This document shows positions 58,961-64,000 of a stretch of DNA of 64,000 nt, one piece after another; position 1 is the first letter of the stretch; each line of letters opens with the position of its first letter. The DNA comes from Muribaculum sp. (lineage in GTDB: Bacteria > Bacteroidota > Bacteroidia > Bacteroidales > Muribaculaceae): assembly GCA_023666965.1 (NCBI GenBank), contig JAMPAZ010000001.1, forward strand, positions 882,376 to 946,375. The letters are read 5' to 3'. Below the pieces are notes generated by a model. That model saw only the letters and a list, made by a program, of their open reading frames with translations, did no database searches and was not told where the DNA came from. Both the position numbers and the translations under genes were made by a program.

Positions 58961-60427
58961 CTAATCAACCTTCTGCATGTCAAGATGTGTAACAGGGTCG
59001 TTAAGGTTCAGAGTGACGATATACTTGCCGGCCGCCGGCGAAGGAATGTTGCCGGCATCCCAAATGAGCTGGTCGGCAGAGCCTCCGAGGCTGAACGCCC
59101 AACCGTGGTTGGCGCGGATCTTGTATTCGCCGTTGCCTGAGAATGTTATTGTCCCGGTCCAAGAAGTAGCCACGCCGTTGACTTCCTGTGCTGTCAGAGC
59201 CTGTACGTCGCCGTCGCCCCATCCGCCGGTGGCATCGCCTATGAATTCAAGCGAAGTGACCGGAGATGCCTTAATCTCCTTAGTATCCATCATGAATACC
59301 ATGGCCCAGAGTCCTTTTGGCAAGCCGCCCATATTGTTGGCCTGTCCCTGCTCGAACTTAGCCGTAGCCACATATCCGCCGGGATTGCCTCCGGTGTCGG
59401 GGTCTGCTTCAAACGTACAGCTGCCGATCTGAGGTTCTGTCCATGCACCGTAAGATGTGATAATCTTAAATTCTCCGTCTACCGGTACAAATCCTCCATA
59501 CTTTATATAGTCCTTAGTGGTCATCTGTGCCGGAGTGGAAGGATTCCAGCTTTGTCCGTTACCGACTACGTAAAGCGCATTGTAAGCGGCCTTATAGGTG
59601 AAGGTCAGCTCTTCCATATTGATTGAGAACTGATAGGGGCCTGTCTCCTCGATTTCGCCGGCTTCGGCACCGAGAGCGAGCGCACCTTCAGTAGCTGTGA
59701 GTTCGGGCTCGGCATCGCCATAGAGCTTCGATGCGTCGGAAAGCGAATTGAGGGCAGATGCAGGAACTATCTTCCATGCGAATCCGTTCTCGTCGACAGT
59801 GATGATGCCGTCAAATACCGGTGCATCGTATGGATCCTTAGTGGCGTCGGCCTGCACCATCTTATATGTCTTGCCGTCTACAGTGTTAAGGATATAATAC
59901 TCATCTTCGACCACGTAACCGAGATCCATAGGAGTGACTACGAGTGACTGAGCCGCTCCGACTGCACCGAGAAGCACTGATGAGGAGCCGTCGACTGCGT
60001 ACGCCGTATAGTTGACATAAACGGTCTTAGGCGACGGATTCTTTCCAAACAGTTTCTGGAGAGCGGCATTAAAGTCGGCTTGGGGAGCATTGCACGACTT
60101 AACAGCTCCGTCGACACCGTCGGTAGTGACGAGCACTACATTCTGCGCGTCGGCCATATCCTGTGTCGAAGCAACTTTCATCACCACCTGCAGTTCGCTT
60201 CCGGCTGGAAAGTCTTCGAGTTTGGTGACGTTGACAAGTCTTGCCGCTCCGTCATTAAGGTTTACCGATGAGCCGCTGGCAAGCGCGTCGACAGCTGTGA
60301 TTCCGTCGGCAGGCATGGTAGGCTCTGAGGGGGTCACCTGCGCGATACCCTTATACTCGTCGTCGCTGCATGAGGCCAGACCGAGAGCGAGGGCCGCGAA
60401 TAAAGCTATATTAAATTTTAATTTCAT
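58961..60427 (-). CDS. SusF/SusE-like surface glycan-binding lipoprotein
   Basis: Lipobox LASC-SDDE; tandem CBM-like modules (LYVVG...W, FIGDATGGW, YKIRANHGW). Confidence 0.78.
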   Translation of the reverse strand: MKLKFNIALFAALALGLASCSDDEYKGIAQVTPSEPTMPADGITAVDALASGSSVNLNDGAARLVNVTKLEDFPAGSELQVVMKVASTQDMADAQNVVLVTTDGVDGAVKSCNAPQADFNAALQKLFGKNPSPKTVYVNYTAYAVDGSSSVLLGAVGAAQSLVVTPMDLGYVVEDEYYILNTVDGKTYKMVQADATKDPYDAPVFDGIITVDENGFAWKIVPASALNSLSDASKLYGDAEPELTATEGALALGAEAGEIEETGPYQFSINMEELTFTYKAAYNALYVVGNGQSWNPSTPAQMTTKDYIKYGGFVPVDGEFKIITSYGAWTEPQIGSCTFEADPDTGGNPGGYVATAKFEQGQANNMGGLPKGLWAMVFMMDTKEIKASPVTSLEFIGDATGGWGDGDVQALTAQEVNGVATSWTGTITFSGNGEYKIRANHGWAFSLGGSADQLIWDAGNIPSPAAGKYIVTLNLNDPVTHLDMQKVD

Positions 60428-60475
60428 TGTTTTCAAAGAATTACATGTTTAAAAACTTTCTTTTTATCGCGGAGG

Positions 60476-61414
60476 TTACTGGGCCGGATCTTCAACAATG
60501 TCGAATGTCACTGACATTGACTTCAGATTGACGGTCATCTTAACCCAAGCGGCAGTCCATCCGGGCACTTGATATGAACCCTTACCCTTAACAATCGGAC
60601 CTGAATATTCCTCATCCTCAAATGCTATATCCACAGGATTATCGTCCTTCTGCGAACCGTAAGAGTCATCGTCCCATCCGGTAAGAGCTTTGTAGAAGCG
60701 GAACTGGAACTGTCCATCCGGAATCATGAATGTACCGTAATAAATGTCGCTGCCGATAGCGTCGTCTGCTTCATAGAGCTTCCACGGTTCATAGTGGTCG
60801 GCATTGGCTTCTGTCGGACCGGCCCAGCCTTCAGGTGCACCTACGAGATAAATCCATGCCGGCTGACGTACGGTGGCATAGCCGATTACATTGTCGAGCT
60901 TAACTACGTTTGACTCGATTGAGTACATCTCGGCAAGTTCGCCGTCGAGCTTCGGGAAGTAAGAGCGCAGACGCACGTAGAGCGGTCCGGAGTAGGGTGT
61001 GCGGCCCTCGTACTGGCTGATGTCGGTATAGCCGAGCATTGTGCTTATGCCGTTGGCCATGTCCTTAGCCGGCACTTCAAGAGTGGTGTTAGTAGTGGAG
61101 TAAGGTAGTTCCACGTAGGCCACGGCATTTGCCGGGTCGTAGACCTCAGAACCGGTATAAACAGTGGTGAAGTCTTCGTTTAACGACACCTGTACGCCGT
61201 ACATAGGTGTGGTGCCTACGCCGTAGTTGGGCTGTGAGCATGTCAGCTGAACCGTACCGGCCGTCTGGAGGTCGTAGGTCTGTGCTGACAGTGGCGGCAC
61301 ATTCAAGAAATTTTTATCGGTGGGCTTATATGCCTTGGGGTCTTCATCGTCGGAACAAGCAGTGAATGTCACGGCGGTCAGAAGCACGGCAAAAAGTAAT
61401 AATATCTTTTTCAT
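60476..61414 (-). CDS. SusE-domain surface lipoprotein
   Basis: Lipobox FTAC-SDDED; LTCSQPNYG, YGVQVS, LYVRLRS and SNVVKL SusE N-domain; C-terminal IYLVG...GW module. Confidence 0.8.
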   Translation of the reverse strand: MKKILLLFAVLLTAVTFTACSDDEDPKAYKPTDKNFLNVPPLSAQTYDLQTAGTVQLTCSQPNYGVGTTPMYGVQVSLNEDFTTVYTGSEVYDPANAVAYVELPYSTTNTTLEVPAKDMANGISTMLGYTDISQYEGRTPYSGPLYVRLRSYFPKLDGELAEMYSIESNVVKLDNVIGYATVRQPAWIYLVGAPEGWAGPTEANADHYEPWKLYEADDAIGSDIYYGTFMIPDGQFQFRFYKALTGWDDDSYGSQKDDNPVDIAFEDEEYSGPIVKGKGSYQVPGWTAAWVKMTVNLKSMSVTFDIVEDPAQ

Positions 61415-61442
61415 AAATCTGTTGCTTTATAAAGTTAACTTA

Positions 61443-63020
61443 TTAGTAACCTTGGTTCTGACCAAGAGTGTTGATGTACTGGGTCGGAACGGCGAACAGG
61501 TTGCGGTAAGCATCCGTGCCCTGTCCGGCTTCGATGCCGCCCTTCCACGACCAGACGTAGGATGAACCGGTGAATTTACCGAAGCGGATCAAGTCGCTGC
61601 GGCGGTGTCCTTCCCAATAAAGTTCGCGGGCACGTTCGTCGAGCAGATTGTCTGCGGTCAGTTCGACCGGGTCGAGTCCGGCACGTTCGCGAACTTTGTC
61701 GAAGTAGGTCTTGCCGTTGCAGGATACACCGTTGAGCTCACATTCGGCAAGCATGAGGAATGTATCGGCCAGTCGGAACAGAGGCCAGTCGGCATTATTG
61801 AACGTGTTGAGGCTGACGGCACCGCTTTCGTTATAGTAGTCAGACTCGTTGGTATATACATATTTTATACACATGTAGCCTGAACCTCCGGGAAGTTCCC
61901 AGTCGCCGATATTTGACAGATTGTTAGCCAAGCCGTCGGTATAGAACAAGTAGCGCTTGTCGGCGGGAGAGATGATGTTGGCAAGTTCCGGACGAACGCG
62001 GGGTCCACCCCATCCTGTACCGCTGATGCCGAGACGCTTCTGAAGATTCTCGTCGATGCTGACGTTGTATGCACCCATGCCGAGGTAGGTAGTACCGCCG
62101 TATGACTGGGTGTAGGAGTTGTCTTGAGGAACGCCCCAAAGGATTTCGCCGGTGCCGACATACTTGTCGTTGCTGCCGCAGAACAGATACTTATATTCAG
62201 GTGCAAGGGTGTTGTTGGTCTTCAGAATTTCCTGACAAGCCTCGGCGCACTCTTTCCACATCGGTGTGCCGGTGTAAACTCCCGCATTTAAGTAAAGCTT
62301 GGCGAGAAGCATGTAGCCGGCCTCGCGGGAAACGCGTCCATAGACTTGATCTTTGGCGAGAGGAAGTCCCTGAACAGCCTCCTTAAGATCTTCAACCACG
62401 AGGGGGAACATTTCAGCACGGGTCATGGTCGGCGGAACTGTACCTATGACATGGTCTTCGGTGGCATACGGACCGACGCCGAAGCAGTCCATGATGTGGT
62501 AGAACGATAGGGCGCGGAGCGTACGGGCTTCACACTTCATGCGTGCTATCTCTTCTGTGGAGATGGGATTTTCGACAGAAGCCGCACCGTCGATCTTGCG
62601 CAGAAACTCGTTGCAGATGTTCATCTGGAAGGTGAAACGCGACATTGACTCGTAAAGCCAGTGGTTGTCGGCCGACCAAGTCGAGTAGTCGAGTTCATCA
62701 AGACCTGCGTCGTTCCAGTTTTTGCCTATGAACGCCTCGTCGGTGGGAAGCTCCTGTAGATTCCAAAGCTGACGGGTATAGACACCTGCACCGGGGTCGT
62801 CGACAGTTATGTCGCTGCCACCGTTTACTCCTGATAAAGTCAGACCGCCGTAGACCTGGGCAAGGAACTGGTAGTATTCGCCACCGTCGGTGAGGTCGGT
62901 TAGGTTGCTCGGATTCTTCGGTGTCACGTTTAGGTCGTCGACACATGATGTCACAGCCGAGCCCAAAGCCAGCGTAGCCACGCAGGCAATAGATATGGAT
63001 TTGAATTTATTTATAATCAT
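61443..63020 (-). CDS. SusD/RagB family lipoprotein (starch SusD-like)
   Basis: Lipobox VTSC; LQELPTDE, LAKLYLNA, FRLAD, ERARELYWEGHRRSDLIRFG and WSWKGG. Confidence 0.93.
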   Translation of the reverse strand: MIINKFKSISIACVATLALGSAVTSCVDDLNVTPKNPSNLTDLTDGGEYYQFLAQVYGGLTLSGVNGGSDITVDDPGAGVYTRQLWNLQELPTDEAFIGKNWNDAGLDELDYSTWSADNHWLYESMSRFTFQMNICNEFLRKIDGAASVENPISTEEIARMKCEARTLRALSFYHIMDCFGVGPYATEDHVIGTVPPTMTRAEMFPLVVEDLKEAVQGLPLAKDQVYGRVSREAGYMLLAKLYLNAGVYTGTPMWKECAEACQEILKTNNTLAPEYKYLFCGSNDKYVGTGEILWGVPQDNSYTQSYGGTTYLGMGAYNVSIDENLQKRLGISGTGWGGPRVRPELANIISPADKRYLFYTDGLANNLSNIGDWELPGGSGYMCIKYVYTNESDYYNESGAVSLNTFNNADWPLFRLADTFLMLAECELNGVSCNGKTYFDKVRERAGLDPVELTADNLLDERARELYWEGHRRSDLIRFGKFTGSSYVWSWKGGIEAGQGTDAYRNLFAVPTQYINTLGQNQGY

Positions 63021-63041
63021 TGCTGTAATATCTTTAACTTG

Positions 63042-64000
63042 TTAGAACTGAGCTACAACACCAAACGATACGGTGACCGGACGCGGGTATACTTCGCGGT
63101 CGATACCGGAGAATACTTCGGGGTCAAGACCGTTGTACTTGGTGATTACGAACGGATTTTGTACGGCTCCGTAGACACGAAGGCGCAGACGGTCGTCCAG
63201 AAGATTGGGCCAAGTGTAGCCGACGGTGATATTGTCGCAGCGGAGGAATGATGCATTGCGGACGAAATAGTCGCTCTGTACACCCTGTACGCCGAGATCT
63301 TGGAATAGGTGGCGTCCGCTCATAAGGTTGCTCAATGGAGCCGACTGAGTGGTGGAGATAGACGTATTGGATGCTTCGAGGTCGTTGTAAACCCAGTTGC
63401 CGAGGTTGGCGCGGAGTACGATGCCGAAGTCCCAGTTTTTCCAGTTTACGGTGTTGCTCCAAGTGAACACGACTTTCGGGTCGCGGCTGTGGTACATGTA
63501 CTTATCGGCCTCGGTAATCTGTCCGTCGCCGTTGCGGTCTACGAATTGACCTTCTATCGGGTCGCCGTTTACATCATATACCTGCTGATAAACGTAGAAG
63601 CTGTAGGCGGGGTATCCGACTTTATGCGCCTGGATGTTTGTACCCGTACCTGCCGAAATGCCTCCTGTTGCGATGAAGTAGTCGGGATCGTCGCCGGCAG
63701 TAAGTTTGGTGATCTTATTCTTGTTCCAAGAGATGTTGAAGTCTGTGGTCCAAGTTAAATCCTGAGTCACGATCGGGCGTGCGTTGACGTTAAACTCAAT
63801 ACCGGTGTTCTCAAGGTCGCCGATATTTGTGTTCATGGCGTTGGTCAAGTTAGAACCGGCTGCAACGGTCGACCAAGTAAGAAGGTCCTTAGTTTTGCGC
63901 TTGTAGAAGTCAAGGCTACCGCTGATGCGGTTGTTGAGCAGTCCGAAGTCGAGGCCGACGTTCCAAGTAGTGGTTTCTTCCCACTTAAGGTCCGAATTAT
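63042..64000 (-). CDS. SusC/RagA TonB-dependent transporter (3' part; starts beyond right edge)
   Basis: DLKWEETTTWN.GLDFG at the window edge; NIGDLEN.G.E, ASFLRCDNIT.GY, GLDPE and YPRP motifs, C-terminal Phe. Confidence 0.95.
   Translation of the reverse strand, partial: NSDLKWEETTTWNVGLDFGLLNNRISGSLDFYKRKTKDLLTWSTVAAGSNLTNAMNTNIGDLENTGIEFNVNARPIVTQDLTWTTDFNISWNKNKITKLTAGDDPDYFIATGGISAGTGTNIQAHKVGYPAYSFYVYQQVYDVNGDPIEGQFVDRNGDGQITEADKYMYHSRDPKVVFTWSNTVNWKNWDFGIVLRANLGNWVYNDLEASNTSISTTQSAPLSNLMSGRHLFQDLGVQGVQSDYFVRNASFLRCDNITVGYTWPNLLDDRLRLRVYGAVQNPFVITKYNGLDPEVFSGIDREVYPRPVTVSFGVVAQF

Overview
64 kb of mostly core chromosome from a Bacteroidales bacterium (TAnnTTTG -7 promoters, SusC/D/E/F genes, RprXY, uppS-bamA-skp-skp; gene style suggests Muribaculaceae, which is an inference). 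It holds about 50 CDSs: housekeeping genes (pgk, pyrF, prfA, tgt, ald, tilS, pheS, nth, murI, bamA, uppS, ribD, prmC, recX), a MacAB-TolC-like efflux operon followed by a GntR-linked ABC module, and the 3' part of a starch-type Sus locus. The accessory or unusual items are: (1) an AT-rich two-gene cassette (putative PD-(D/E)xK nuclease plus a very small NPPY amino-methyltransferase) wedged between prfA and pyrF; (2) a xylan cassette (esterase, MFS, GH10, GH43, GH67) lacking SusC/D and a regulator, headed by an internally deleted GH35/DUF5597-like gene and three TGTTAC(A/G)T boxes at exact 21-bp period; (3) an alpha/beta-hydrolase, membrane-anchored MurF and atypical Ddl operon unlike the usual Bacteroides arrangement; (4) a ~194-bp MITE-like element. 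No tRNA, rRNA, CRISPR array, transposase or integrase was seen. All family calls come from motif recognition without database searches.
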